Shown here: piece after piece, positions 36,385-46,527 of the stretch
Layout of the letters: each line of letters begins with the position of its first letter
Position numbering within the stretch: the first letter of the stretch is position 1
Virus record (IMG/VR): IMGVR_UViG_3300028797_002668
Span: 71,186-135,185 of that record
Reading direction: 5' to 3' (one strand)
Source of the DNA: a virus
Lineage: Duplodnaviria; Caudoviricetes
Length of the DNA: 64,000 bases
Notes under the pieces: generated by a model
The model's database searches: none
What the model was told of the DNA's origin: nothing
What the model saw: the letters and a program-made list of their open reading frames with translations, nothing else
Made by a program: the position numbers and the translations under genes

Positions 36385-38658
36385 ATGCAAATTACAGCTT
36401 CCTACACGAACGGAACATATAGTATTAACGGAGTGCCGGTATCTGCGTCCGAGCTTTACCGTGTTAGGCTATTCTTGAACTACTCCGGTATTTTGTCGTA
36501 TGTTGGTGATTCTGAACATCCCGGAAAAGGTTTAGTCGTTGATGGAATATCCGGCGTTTTGTATGACGACTGGAATTGCTCGTTTCGACCGCCTCGCATT
36601 ATTGACGACCATCGATTCAACTGTGAGTTGGTCGTTCCGCTAAGAAACGCTAACAACGAATTTTCTATCAATACAAGCGGTAACGTTGTCGACGGAGAAT
36701 CTTTATTGTCTTCCGAAGCGACAAATCCGGTCAATATGCTTATTGAAAAGTGTTCAATGTCCGATCTGTATGCGGTCAACTTGATATCGGTTGATGGAAA
36801 TAATGTTACCGTAACGACTAGTGTACCGCATGGGTTGAAAAAAGGCGACGCGGTAACTATCAGAAATAACACGTATTCTAGCATTCATACGCTTGGTCCG
36901 GATGGCCTCCGATTACTAGGTACTTATAAGGTAGTGGCTGTGACAGCAACAACGTTTACATACGTGTCGAGTCATTATGTTATGCCTAATAATACGCTGG
37001 AAATCGAAGGAGATGACGACTGGGTATGCGAAAAGTGGACGGCGGTTGTATACAAGGATTCGTCAGTGGTCGCACAAAGTACCGATGGTGTTACGAAGCT
37101 GACTTATGCATCACTGCCATCGTATGTAGCTAACGATTATGTCAACTTGCTGAACAAATCGATACATAATCAAGTTCAAGTATCTCGTGTAGACCATATC
37201 GATTCGTCGTACGTTGTTGAAATTGACAATTGCGAAATCCCAGTCGACTCGGAAATTGATGTATATTTTTCGCCAAGAACACCGTCGGCTGCTGTTCCCA
37301 CAAACTGGTATAATAATGGCGACGGTTCGGAGATGGAAAGAGTATCTAACCCGTCTCAGTATGACCATACGATGAACACGTATTTTGTGTCGCCTTACCT
37401 TGATACGTATTTTACGAAGGGTGACGGTGCGGTTCATGTCGGTGAAAAGAAGCTGAAATGTGCTGGCGGAGATATTCCGTCCATCGTATGTATTAAATTC
37501 CCAAACATAACGATGGATGTCGATTATGGACAGAATGCGACCCTTCGCATGTATGTATCAAAAATGAGCTACAGCGAGGCTACGGTTTCTTTATACCAGA
37601 TGGATTCCAATGGTTGGCGTGATGACATGTCCTATGAGGAAGTTCTTGAACATGTTACTCAGATACCCGTAGGTATAGCCGAGTTAACTAATCCAGCATT
37701 GAAGGATATAAACCGTTCTGAAAATACACCGGTATTGGGAAGCTATAACAGCTATGTAGATTTTATAATCGACCCTGCGATACTAGGACAGTGGTTATCT
37801 GGAAATACCTTGTATTCGCCTACGGTATGCATGGTTATGCTCAGTGATGGAAATCCGGTTATCGAGTTCAATTCTACTGAATCCGGTGAGCAAGTTCCAT
37901 ACTTTATCGTTACGGGTGGCGAAGCCGCATTGCTTGATATTGAACCATTTGATATTGTTGTAGAAAACTCGTCTATTGAATCCGGTAAGGTGATGCGAAT
38001 CGAGGTTGATGATCCAGATGCTTCGTTCGGCAACTCACTATACGACAACGTCGTTAAGATACAGAATGAAAATGCCGTCATCATGAACGGGTCTCCATAT
38101 TATATAGATGTGTTGGTTCCAGATTCTGTAGCTGGTGTATCTTCGGTACAAGTATTCAAAAAGGTACGCAACAAGGAAGTCGTTCTTACAAACCCAACAA
38201 CGATATATGTTAATAACGACTTGACAAAACGAAATATAAGACTTGCCGCTAAGAAGAATCCTGGCAAAATTGCTGGAAAAACTAGTCGTTCAGCTATTTA
38301 TAACCGTGACCTGGGGTACAGTAATTTTAAGGAAGTCACCGACGAGACCAGTCTTCTTCAGAATGTGTATTCTTGTTTGCTTACTTCACAAGGTGAGCGA
38401 TTGTTTAATCAAAATTTCGGTACACATATCGAAGAGCGTATATTCACACTTGGGTCAACTACGGATGAAGTAGATTTGCTTAAGGAATGCATAGAAGCGG
38501 TCAAAAAATACGAGCCTAGGGTTACTATTGACCCAGAACGTAGTTCTTGCGAATTTGACGATAACGGATGTTATAATTTAGTTCTTGCGGTTGTCTTGCC
38601 TACATCTCGCACCGAGATGCTGAAATTTACGTTCAAGAACCGTGGTAGGATTGTCTAA
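36385..38658 (+). CDS. 25: Multidomain baseplate protein with a C-terminal gp25/GPW domain
   Basis: C-terminal LLQNVYSCLLTSQGERLFNQNFGT..IF..IEAVKKYEPRV is the gp25 signature. Confidence 0.8.
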   Translation: MQITASYTNGTYSINGVPVSASELYRVRLFLNYSGILSYVGDSEHPGKGLVVDGISGVLYDDWNCSFRPPRIIDDHRFNCELVVPLRNANNEFSINTSGNVVDGESLLSSEATNPVNMLIEKCSMSDLYAVNLISVDGNNVTVTTSVPHGLKKGDAVTIRNNTYSSIHTLGPDGLRLLGTYKVVAVTATTFTYVSSHYVMPNNTLEIEGDDDWVCEKWTAVVYKDSSVVAQSTDGVTKLTYASLPSYVANDYVNLLNKSIHNQVQVSRVDHIDSSYVVEIDNCEIPVDSEIDVYFSPRTPSAAVPTNWYNNGDGSEMERVSNPSQYDHTMNTYFVSPYLDTYFTKGDGAVHVGEKKLKCAGGDIPSIVCIKFPNITMDVDYGQNATLRMYVSKMSYSEATVSLYQMDSNGWRDDMSYEEVLEHVTQIPVGIAELTNPALKDINRSENTPVLGSYNSYVDFIIDPAILGQWLSGNTLYSPTVCMVMLSDGNPVIEFNSTESGEQVPYFIVTGGEAALLDIEPFDIVVENSSIESGKVMRIEVDDPDASFGNSLYDNVVKIQNENAVIMNGSPYYIDVLVPDSVAGVSSVQVFKKVRNKEVVLTNPTTIYVNNDLTKRNIRLAAKKNPGKIAGKTSRSAIYNRDLGYSNFKEVTDETSLLQNVYSCLLTSQGERLFNQNFGTHIEERIFTLGSTTDEVDLLKECIEAVKKYEPRVTIDPERSSCEFDDNGCYNLVLAVVLPTSRTEMLKFTFKNRGRIV

Positions 38659-39560
38659 TGCTTATTCAGCAAGTTGGCGATAGGCAGATTGTCTATGTGT
38701 CCGATTATAAATCGGAATACATGGACGTAGCCAAGGAATTTGGGATGGTTGATGATTTCGGCCAGTTCCATAATTATGTGCAAGGAAAAGAGGAACCTTA
38801 CCGGAACTCTAACGGAATATCCATACCGGCGTTCCATTTGATAGGAAAGACCGTTAATCTGTTTATTGTTGATGATCATGTAACTGCAAAATCTAATGAC
38901 GTCCAAGACATTGTGAACGCTTTAAATTACTTTCCAGAAGATTCAAGAATTACCGTTTCTGGGCATACCTTTGTGTCGAAGTTTAAAGTCGAGTCTGGTT
39001 GTATAAAGGATGTAGCAAAACGCGGCATTACAGTACGTGGCGGGTTTAAAAAAGACCTTGCAAAAATCCATGATTTGATGACTCACCTCAATTTGAATAA
39101 TGGAAAGTTATTTGAACCGGTAATTGCTCGATATGTATATACGAGTCGTGAAATGCCGAAACGAATGCATTTAGTTGGGTATTTTGATCTTGAACGGTAT
39201 CTTCGTATAATTAGTAGTCCCGACGCGGCTGCGTTTTACCATATCGATAGCAATCTTATCATATATATGGAACTTGGTACCAGTCCAATTTCTGTAAAAG
39301 TGAAAAATGTGGTCAAAGATTGTTGCGAATTGCAATTAACCGGGCCGAAAGGTATGTACGATTTGAAGAAAATGGCTGATTTTAAGCCATTGGTTATACT
39401 AACTAAGACACCTTTAACTATAAAAGACGCCAAATTTCCGTGGTGCAAGGTTAGGTTTGACCATACTGACGTGTTTATGACCCCACTGATGTCCAAGGAA
39501 GATGCTTGGAAAACCCTCCAAGGAGGACTCGATTTGCTTTCAGTTCCAGAGAAAAAGTGA
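38658..39560 (+). CDS. Hypothetical protein (300 aa)
   Basis: TAATG translational coupling to the upstream gene. Confidence 0.6.
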   Translation: MLIQQVGDRQIVYVSDYKSEYMDVAKEFGMVDDFGQFHNYVQGKEEPYRNSNGISIPAFHLIGKTVNLFIVDDHVTAKSNDVQDIVNALNYFPEDSRITVSGHTFVSKFKVESGCIKDVAKRGITVRGGFKKDLAKIHDLMTHLNLNNGKLFEPVIARYVYTSREMPKRMHLVGYFDLERYLRIISSPDAAAFYHIDSNLIIYMELGTSPISVKVKNVVKDCCELQLTGPKGMYDLKKMADFKPLVILTKTPLTIKDAKFPWCKVRFDHTDVFMTPLMSKEDAWKTLQGGLDLLSVPEKK

Positions 39561-39604
39561 TAAGCTATCCATTGCGACACCCCAAAACCCCCTGTGTCAC
39601 CAGT

Positions 39605-39633
39605 TTGTAATTCAAATTGCTTTTAGTTATCTT
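39605..39633 (+). promoter_or_regulatory. Sigma70-type promoter TTGTAA-17bp-TATCTT with the TTCAAA element
   Basis: Upstream of uvsX ATG 39659. Confidence 0.7.
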
Positions 39634-39658
39634 AAACCAAAACATAAGGAAAACCCAT

Positions 39659-40957
39659 ATGGCAACTAAAAAAACATCAAAACCCGCAGTAACTCCCTCC
39701 GTCGCCGATGACGATTACTCTTTCTTCAAGAAAATCAAGGTTGGCGACCGTTACGCCGACAAACTTATCCGCCACCCGAATTTCGGATATTGCGATTCCG
39801 GTTCGTACATCTTCAACGCCTTACTATCTGGCGATTTGTTCGGCGGATTCCCTCTCAACAAAATCATTATGGTTGCTGGTAAACAGCAGTCCGGTAAGTC
39901 CTTCATTGCGAAGAACAACTTCGCGTATGGATTAATGCAGAAGGGTTACTTCATCTATTGGTATGACACCGAAGGTGAAACTACAGAAGAAGAATTGGAA
40001 GAACAGAATGGCTTCAATCCAGATCAGTACAAATTGGTTAAGGAAATCACGACCGTTGAAGATTACTTCATTTCCGTTAACGGTGTGATTAACGACCTCG
40101 AAGTAGACCGTGGTGACAGCATTGAAGTGAAGCGTAAGTGCGCTATCGTGCTGGACTCTCAAGGTGAACTTTCTACTGAAAAGGCCATCAACGACGCCAC
40201 CAAGGGTGAAATCAAGTCCGATATGACCAAGGCCAAGCTTTTGGCTGGTATGTATCGTTCCATCACCAACCGTTGCGCTAACCTCGGAATTCCGATGTTC
40301 ATCACTAACCACATATATATGGACTCCAGTGGAGCTATGTACGGCAACCCGGAAAAGATCGCTGGTGGTGAAGGTGCTCAGTTCTCCGCTTCCATCATTC
40401 TTAGCCTCCACAAGAGCTACCAGAAGAAAGGTAAGGACGATGAAATTACTGGCGTTATCCTTAATGCTACGGTGACCAAGAGCCGTATGGTCAAGGCTAA
40501 GCTCAAGGCTCCGATTTATGTCGACTACAACCGTGGTATCGACCGTTACTATGGTCTGCAGCAGATTGCTGAACATGCTGGTCTCATTGAAAAATGGAAT
40601 AAGGATGATTATGGCCATCTTGCTAAGCCGATTGACAAGACTACTGGCAAGACCACTCGTAAGGATTGCTGGGTTGTTAAGGACCCGAACAAGGACCCGT
40701 CTGAATGGCGTGTGTTTACCGAAATGGGTCTTTACTGCAAGGCCGGTCTCGGTTCCATCCTTGAACCGCTGAACGAGTACATCAAGGCCGAATTCAAGTT
40801 CCGTCCGCCGAAACTCCGTCGTGACGACGAAGAGCTTGACCTCGATGAATCTGAAGTCGAAGCAGCCGAAAAGGATGCCGAAAAGGACATCAAGGCTGAA
40901 ATCAAGTACCTTGAAGAGGCTGAAAAGAAGATGATGCAGCCCGACAAGGATGCCTAA
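39659..40957 (+). CDS. uvsX: UvsX/RecA-like recombinase
   Basis: DSGSYIFNALLSG, Walker A AGKQQSGKS, YDTE, IVLDS, ITNHIY, GGEGAQFSAS, KSR; AAGGA RBS before MATKK. Confidence 0.92.
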   Translation: MATKKTSKPAVTPSVADDDYSFFKKIKVGDRYADKLIRHPNFGYCDSGSYIFNALLSGDLFGGFPLNKIIMVAGKQQSGKSFIAKNNFAYGLMQKGYFIYWYDTEGETTEEELEEQNGFNPDQYKLVKEITTVEDYFISVNGVINDLEVDRGDSIEVKRKCAIVLDSQGELSTEKAINDATKGEIKSDMTKAKLLAGMYRSITNRCANLGIPMFITNHIYMDSSGAMYGNPEKIAGGEGAQFSASIILSLHKSYQKKGKDDEITGVILNATVTKSRMVKAKLKAPIYVDYNRGIDRYYGLQQIAEHAGLIEKWNKDDYGHLAKPIDKTTGKTTRKDCWVVKDPNKDPSEWRVFTEMGLYCKAGLGSILEPLNEYIKAEFKFRPPKLRRDDEELDLDESEVEAAEKDAEKDIKAEIKYLEEAEKKMMQPDKDA

Positions 40958-40965
40958 TGGATCTT

Positions 40966-40993
40966 GGGTGTCGCGGATGGCGACACCCCTTTT
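40966..40993 (+). terminator. Intrinsic terminator after uvsX
   Basis: GGGTGTCGC-GGATG-GCGACACCC-CTTTT. Confidence 0.75.
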
Positions 40994-41021
40994 CCTCCTT
41001 ACACTCATTTGATTTTGAACT

Positions 41022-42536
41022 ATGCAAGAAGTCTATAATTTAACTCGCGAAGATATGGTTATCCGCACGTTCTTTAGTGACAAGATTCTGTCACAAAAGA
41101 TGATGCCTTACCTAGACCCTACATTGTATGAGGATAAGACTAACCAGCAAGTGGTGTCTATTGTCAACAAGTTCATTAGGAAGCATCACCGTTCGCCGGA
41201 AGCTCAGGAGCTGGTTCTGTGTCTTGACAACACAGGGTTCGCCGACGAAGCGCGTAACCGTATAATGGACCTTTGCAACGCGAAGATAGCTACTACGAAG
41301 CAAGACTTCTTGGTGCAGATGCTTGAAAAGTTTTACCAAGAAAAGGCATCTACCAATATTCTCAAGCAGTCCGCCGTCCATATTTTTGAAAACAATATCG
41401 AGGCGGTTCGCGACCTTTTACCAGCACTCAGAAACAAGCTGAACTTCTCGTTGCATATGTCTCTCGGTCTCGACCTTGTCGATGACATTGACGAGGCCAA
41501 ACGCCGATTGAAAGAAGTCTCCAAGCCGATTCCGTCCGGTATTACTGACATTAACGTGTTCACCGCGCAGCGCAAGGATGACCCTACTACCGGAGGCTAT
41601 CCTAAAAAGACGCTCTGTTTGTATGTCGGTCAGCCGAACGTCGGTAAGACGCTCGTGCTTTGCTCCGAATCTTGTTATGCGGTACGAGCTGGCTATAACG
41701 TGATGTACATCTCCTTGGAACTTTCCGAGGAATACCTCTGGCGTCGTATGGCGGCAAACCTTACCGGTATCGACCAGTATGAAGTTACTGAACTCTCTAC
41801 CGAGGAATGTAAGGCCAAGATTGAAGCAGCTCGACTTTCTAGTGTAGAGAAGATGGGTCGATTGAAGATCAAGCGAATGAAGACTACGACCACTCCGTAC
41901 GAAATAGACGCCTTGCTTGACGAGTACGAGACGGAAGTTGGCGCACCAGCCGATATGCTCGTAATCGACTATATCGGTATTATGAAACCGAACCAGCGTC
42001 CGGGTATGATTGAGAATATGTACAAGGACGGTCAGGCAAAGGCTGAACAGATTCGCGAAATATGTATCGAGCGCAATATGGTCGGTCTTTCTGCTATCCA
42101 GTTCGGTCGTTCTGGTTATTCGTCGCTCGATGCTGGCCTTGAGTCGGTGCGAGAATCGTCTGGTTATAACGAAACCGCTGACTTGATGATTACCATCACG
42201 ATTGACCATATCCTCAAGGGTCTCAATATGTACTACCATATGATTAAGAAGAACCGCTTCGGCGAGAACGAGGTTCCGTTCTATACCAAGCGCGACTATG
42301 GTACGATGTTGTGGTATCCGGCAACCGAGGAGGATGTACAAGAGGAACATCGTGCTCGTGAGGAGTTCGAGGTGGTTCAGAACTCGACTGGCGCGATGTT
42401 TGGCGGCAATAGCGTTGGTTCCGGAAAGATGAACCGAGCTAAACCGGTTGCTCCGAAGAAGAGCCGACCGCCACAAACTGGTGCCGAACAAGAGGCCGCT
42501 CTGGCAAATTTGAGCGATATGAGTGCGCTGATGTAA
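41022..42536 (+). CDS. 41: Replicative DnaB-family helicase, T4 gp41 homologue
   Basis: GQPNVGKT, YISLELSE, LVIDYIGIM, SAIQFGRSG, ESSG..ETAD, KNRFG motifs. Confidence 0.92.
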   Translation: MQEVYNLTREDMVIRTFFSDKILSQKMMPYLDPTLYEDKTNQQVVSIVNKFIRKHHRSPEAQELVLCLDNTGFADEARNRIMDLCNAKIATTKQDFLVQMLEKFYQEKASTNILKQSAVHIFENNIEAVRDLLPALRNKLNFSLHMSLGLDLVDDIDEAKRRLKEVSKPIPSGITDINVFTAQRKDDPTTGGYPKKTLCLYVGQPNVGKTLVLCSESCYAVRAGYNVMYISLELSEEYLWRRMAANLTGIDQYEVTELSTEECKAKIEAARLSSVEKMGRLKIKRMKTTTTPYEIDALLDEYETEVGAPADMLVIDYIGIMKPNQRPGMIENMYKDGQAKAEQIREICIERNMVGLSAIQFGRSGYSSLDAGLESVRESSGYNETADLMITITIDHILKGLNMYYHMIKKNRFGENEVPFYTKRDYGTMLWYPATEEDVQEEHRAREEFEVVQNSTGAMFGGNSVGSGKMNRAKPVAPKKSRPPQTGAEQEAALANLSDMSALM

Positions 42537-42576
42537 CTTTGAACTAGTTTAACTGATAACTCCATCAGGTTCAATT

Positions 42577-43185
42577 ATGGATTTATCGCGCTATCTCAAA
42601 GATGATACACCAGAAGATATCGACGAACAGACCACTCCGGGCGCAAGTCTCGATGAAATGGTATTGACCGACTCGAAACCCGCATCAATCGTTGAAATTT
42701 TAGATGCTTATTTGAAGACTCCTAGGTTTGATGGTGACGCTTGTATAGTTCTGTCTATGCCAGACGCGACCTTGAAAAAGTATAGGGAAAAGCTTAACTC
42801 GGCTTTATGGTGGTTCTACAATCGCTACTGTAAGAAGGATTTCGGAATGATGGAAATCCTTGTTGCTGTAGAACGGATGGTAGACGCCACAAAGTTGACC
42901 GTGATGCTGGATAACGACATTAAGCTTCTTGTTGCAAAGGAACGTGGTCTAGTAGTGACTGAGGATGACTTGGAAATTGCGGCGAAGTCGACCAGTTCTA
43001 AAAAAACTGAAAAAGTCGATGAAACTCCAGTCGATGAAGACGTTCCAAAGTACACGACAATCAACGACGATGACTTTATGGAGAAACTAATGGAAGACAA
43101 CCCCGAAGAGGAAGCCGAAATGCTGGCTGGCTTGGGGGTAATGGACGACGAAGACGAGGAAGGTGAAGATAATGTCCAAATTTAA
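42577..43185 (+). CDS. Acidic hypothetical protein, possibly a gp33-like late-transcription coactivator
   Basis: Central helical segment MEILVAVERM..LTVMLDNDIKLLVAKERGL loosely resembles gp33; lies near gene 32. Confidence 0.35.
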   Translation: MDLSRYLKDDTPEDIDEQTTPGASLDEMVLTDSKPASIVEILDAYLKTPRFDGDACIVLSMPDATLKKYREKLNSALWWFYNRYCKKDFGMMEILVAVERMVDATKLTVMLDNDIKLLVAKERGLVVTEDDLEIAAKSTSSKKTEKVDETPVDEDVPKYTTINDDDFMEKLMEDNPEEEAEMLAGLGVMDDEDEEGEDNVQI

Positions 43186-43858
43186 CGTGCAAAAGAGCTT
43201 TACGGTTATTTCTGACCAACACAAGGCCGATATGGCCGTAAAGGAAGAGAAGGCCAAGGAAGAGTCCAAGGAACTCACCAACGCCATCGTGAATATGGGC
43301 AGTAATAAGGCTGGTGGAGCGGGAACAGGCGTTCTCGTCGAAACCCCGGCTTACAAGAAGTGGCTCGCCCAAGTCCAGTCCAGAAACTGTTTCATCGGAA
43401 AGTCCTATATGCAGTCGGCTCCGGAATTCGAGCGTGACGACGAAGAGGCCACCGAGCAGACCAAGATGGAAGATGTCGATGCGGCCAAGATTATGTTCAA
43501 GGACAAGGACGGCACTCTCCATATTCGTGACGACTACGACCCGAACAACATCGACGACGAAGTCGAGAACGAAAAGCTTACTGGCGATGCGTCTAAGTTC
43601 GCCGACCTTTGCGAAATCAACAAGATTGTGGCTAACCAGATTACGTGGGACTTTGACGCTATCTTGAAGGAAGTTGAAGCCAAGCTTGAAGAGATTCACG
43701 CTGACGAGGATGATTACTCGCTACCTGAGAACCTTGCCGATCAGTTGGAAGCTTCCATTTCGCACGCGAAGTCTGTTGCAGCACTTACCTATCACAAGGA
43801 AATGCATGACGCAGCTCAAAAGGATGAGGCCGCTCGTGGCAGTGACGCAAGAGCCTAA
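43172..43858 (+). CDS. Acidic hypothetical protein
   Basis: ORF with strong codon bias; likely start MSKFNV. Confidence 0.65.
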   Translation: MSKFNVQKSFTVISDQHKADMAVKEEKAKEESKELTNAIVNMGSNKAGGAGTGVLVETPAYKKWLAQVQSRNCFIGKSYMQSAPEFERDDEEATEQTKMEDVDAAKIMFKDKDGTLHIRDDYDPNNIDDEVENEKLTGDASKFADLCEINKIVANQITWDFDAILKEVEAKLEEIHADEDDYSLPENLADQLEASISHAKSVAALTYHKEMHDAAQKDEAARGSDARA

Positions 43859-44042
43859 TAGATGGTCACGGATAACCGAAGGTGAGAGTATTGTAGATAC
43901 TATCATCTCGGTGTCCAATAAAATCGAGGCGGCAACTCGCCGTGGAAGGCCGTCTGGCGGCATTATTATAGGCGATAACCCGGTGCTTGAAAAAATCTTT
44001 AAAGACGCTGGTTATACAATAGTTGATATTAACCAAAAGTGA
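43842..44042 (+). CDS. Small hypothetical protein (about 66 aa, GTG start)
   Basis: 3' part of track ORF 43674..44042; fills the gap before the gene 32 leader. Confidence 0.4.
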   Translation: MTQEPNRWSRITEGESIVDTIISVSNKIEAATRRGRPSGGIIIGDNPVLEKIFKDAGYTIVDINQK

Positions 44043-44086
44043 TAAACTTCGGTTGAATTGGCGGAAAATGGGCTTTTTTGGCTTGC

Positions 44087-44115
44087 TTGCAATTCAAATT
44101 TCCTTTTTCTACAAT
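44087..44115 (+). promoter_or_regulatory. Sigma70-type promoter TTGCAA-17bp-TACAAT with the TTCAAA element; late-type GATAAACT also at 44041-44048
   Basis: Upstream of the SSB gene. Confidence 0.75.
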
Positions 44116-44172
44116 TCAAACCATCAGTAAAAACCCATAACCCTAAGAAACCCTTAGAAAGGAAAAATCCCT

Positions 44173-45306
44173 ATGTCTACTGATATGAACTCCCTTGATT
44201 TCCTCACCATTGATGGTGTTTCCAACCTTGCCCAAGTTACGGGCAAAACCTACGAATCCGACCCGCGTCTTTGGAAGCCTCGCGTTAGCGCGAAAAGCCC
44301 GACTTATGACGCCGTCGTCCGTCTCCTTCCGCAGGGCATTGAAGGTCTCAAGAATCAGACCTATCCTGGTGTGAAGGTTATGTATCACCATTTACGATCT
44401 GGTCAGATGCACCGCGAGGTGAAATGCTGCAAGTCCATTCCCGGTCAGACTCGCTGCCCGATTTGTGACGCATTGTGGAACCGCTACGATGAATTTGTCA
44501 AGCTCTATGGTAAGGACGATGCTCGTACGAAGGCCGTGTCTTCGATGGGTGCACGTGCAGAATGGTTCACTAACGTCCTCGTTCGCGAAGACGATATTGA
44601 CCCGAACAACAACGGTCAGGTGAAGGTCTGGCGTCATACCGACGCTATCGATCGTGAACTCCGCGCACCGTTTGATGACTCTGCCAACACCGAGTCCAAG
44701 GGTAACGATCAGACTGCTCGTCCGGGTAGCCTCCGTGACCGCAAGAACAAGGAAAAGCGTCGTTTCTTCCCGCATTCTCCGACCAATGGCGTCGACTACG
44801 AAGTCACTGTGTCTTGGGATTCGGCAAAGAAGATGACTTCTTACGACGGTTCTTGCTACGCCAGCGAATCTACTCCGTTGGCTGACACCAAGGAAGAAAT
44901 GCTCGACATCCTCAACAAGTGCCACGACCTTACTGAATTCCTCAAGGACGTTCCGACCGAAGAAGAAGCCAGCAAGATCTACGTGGAATTTATGAACGAT
45001 GCAGCAAAGCGTTCTGAAAACGCTGCCTTTAACAAGGCTGGCTTTGCCCCGGAAGCTAATCCTAACTACGCCGCTGCTGAACAGCCGCGCACCACTAGCG
45101 TCAACGCTACGGAATTCTTTGGCAACGCCGCTCCGGCTGCCGCTTCTTTCCAGAAGCCGGTTGCTGAAGCTGCCGCTCCGAAGTCTGCCGACGAAGACCT
45201 CGTAAACTTCGCCAAGAGCACCAAGGCCGCTCCGGCTGCCCCGGCTGCTCCCGCCGTTGAGGAACAACTTCCGACGCTTGACGAAGACGCCGACCTTCCG
45301 TTCTAA
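44173..45306 (+). CDS. 32: Single-stranded DNA-binding protein, T4 gp32 homologue
   Basis: DPRLWKP, AVVRLLP, H..C..S.PG..CPIC zinc site, NVLVREDD.DP.NNGQVKVW, SYDGS; acidic tail. Confidence 0.9.
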   Translation: MSTDMNSLDFLTIDGVSNLAQVTGKTYESDPRLWKPRVSAKSPTYDAVVRLLPQGIEGLKNQTYPGVKVMYHHLRSGQMHREVKCCKSIPGQTRCPICDALWNRYDEFVKLYGKDDARTKAVSSMGARAEWFTNVLVREDDIDPNNNGQVKVWRHTDAIDRELRAPFDDSANTESKGNDQTARPGSLRDRKNKEKRRFFPHSPTNGVDYEVTVSWDSAKKMTSYDGSCYASESTPLADTKEEMLDILNKCHDLTEFLKDVPTEEEASKIYVEFMNDAAKRSENAAFNKAGFAPEANPNYAAAEQPRTTSVNATEFFGNAAPAAASFQKPVAEAAAPKSADEDLVNFAKSTKAAPAAPAAPAVEEQLPTLDEDADLPF

Positions 45307-45333
45307 TTGGCAACGTCAGATAGGTTAAACCAT

Positions 45334-45365
45334 TGGCGGCCATCGTAATTGGTGGCCGCCATTTT
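45334..45365 (+). terminator. Intrinsic terminator after gene 32
   Basis: TGGCGGCCATC...GGTGGCCGCCA-TTTT. Confidence 0.75.
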
Positions 45366-45381
45366 CAATAGGTTTAATGAT

Positions 45382-46527
45382 ATGGCTTTTTCATACGATA
45401 ACATACCTTATGCGGCCTTGGATGAAGCTGTTAGCACTCATTTCGCCGATCGTGCGATGAAGGAAACTAATAGCGAGTATAATTTTGTGTGTCCGTTCTG
45501 TGGCGACATGAATCGTCCGAATAAGAAGAAGGCTTATGTATACAAGGACAGTTGGCAATTTATTTGTTATAAGTGCGGCCACCAGCAGCATGTTATGAAG
45601 TATTTCAAGGAAAATGCTGATGATATTTACACAAAGCTCTTGTTTATGGGATTCGACGACGAAGGAAAGGAACGCAAAGAAAAGAAAACCGAGAAAAAGA
45701 CCGTTCCGTCGGACTTGCCATTTATGGAAGGTGAGCTGATTTCGATTCTCGACAACCATCCGCTTGCAAAGCGTGGTCTGGAACTGTGCAAGCACCGTAT
45801 GATTCGTCCGGTTGTTTATGAGAAATGGTATGTTTGTCTGGAAGGAGAGCAGTTCTTGATGAAAGATTCCGGCGGTGCATATCTACTCGATGAAAACGGA
45901 CGACCGATTGGCAACAAGTACAAGAACCGTTTGATTATTCCTTTCTTCAAGTTTGGCGGTGCTTGGCACCAGTTCGATGCGCGTGACCTTAATCCAGATA
46001 GTACGCGCCGTTATTTGAACTTCAAGGGTGCAAAGCGCGAAGCTTACAATATTGATTTTATTGACTATGACAAGCCGTTCTACATTCTTGAAGGAACGAT
46101 TGACTCGACGTTTATCAAGAATTCGATTGCGATCGGTGGGATCAAGTTCTTGAAGGAAGTTATGGAAGCCAATCCAGAAATCGAACCCCATAAAGAAAAT
46201 TGTACTATTATCTGGGATAACGACGATCCAGGAAGGAATGCACGGCTGGATTCTGTCAAGATGGGATTCAAGTGGTTCGACTGGACTGATATAACCGAGA
46301 AGGATGTCAATGGTGCGGTGATGAAAGGCGAGATGCCGATTGACAAATATGGATTCGTAGACAGTGAATTTATAGAGTCTCGAAGCCGTCCAGCTGAAGG
46401 TGCCGAGATTCTGTTCTCGCTTCAGTACGGTGATATGAAACGTCGCGATTATCTCGAACGTCGAGCTAATCGTCAGATGTTACGCGAAAAAATGAACTCG
46501 AAAAACGTATTGGGGATTCATTTCTAA
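45382..46527 (+). CDS. 61: DNA primase, T4 gp61 homologue
   Basis: YNFVCPFCGD..KKKAY..CYKC zinc finger, RLIIPF, YILEGTIDS, WDND TOPRIM, KDVN. Confidence 0.92.
   Translation: MAFSYDNIPYAALDEAVSTHFADRAMKETNSEYNFVCPFCGDMNRPNKKKAYVYKDSWQFICYKCGHQQHVMKYFKENADDIYTKLLFMGFDDEGKERKEKKTEKKTVPSDLPFMEGELISILDNHPLAKRGLELCKHRMIRPVVYEKWYVCLEGEQFLMKDSGGAYLLDENGRPIGNKYKNRLIIPFFKFGGAWHQFDARDLNPDSTRRYLNFKGAKREAYNIDFIDYDKPFYILEGTIDSTFIKNSIAIGGIKFLKEVMEANPEIEPHKENCTIIWDNDDPGRNARLDSVKMGFKWFDWTDITEKDVNGAVMKGEMPIDKYGFVDSEFIESRSRPAEGAEILFSLQYGDMKRRDYLERRANRQMLREKMNSKNVLGIHF

Noticed and set aside
39574-40989. 10-bp direct repeat GCGACACCCC flanking uvsX
   Set aside because: Short; the second copy is one arm of a terminator; no other sign of mobility
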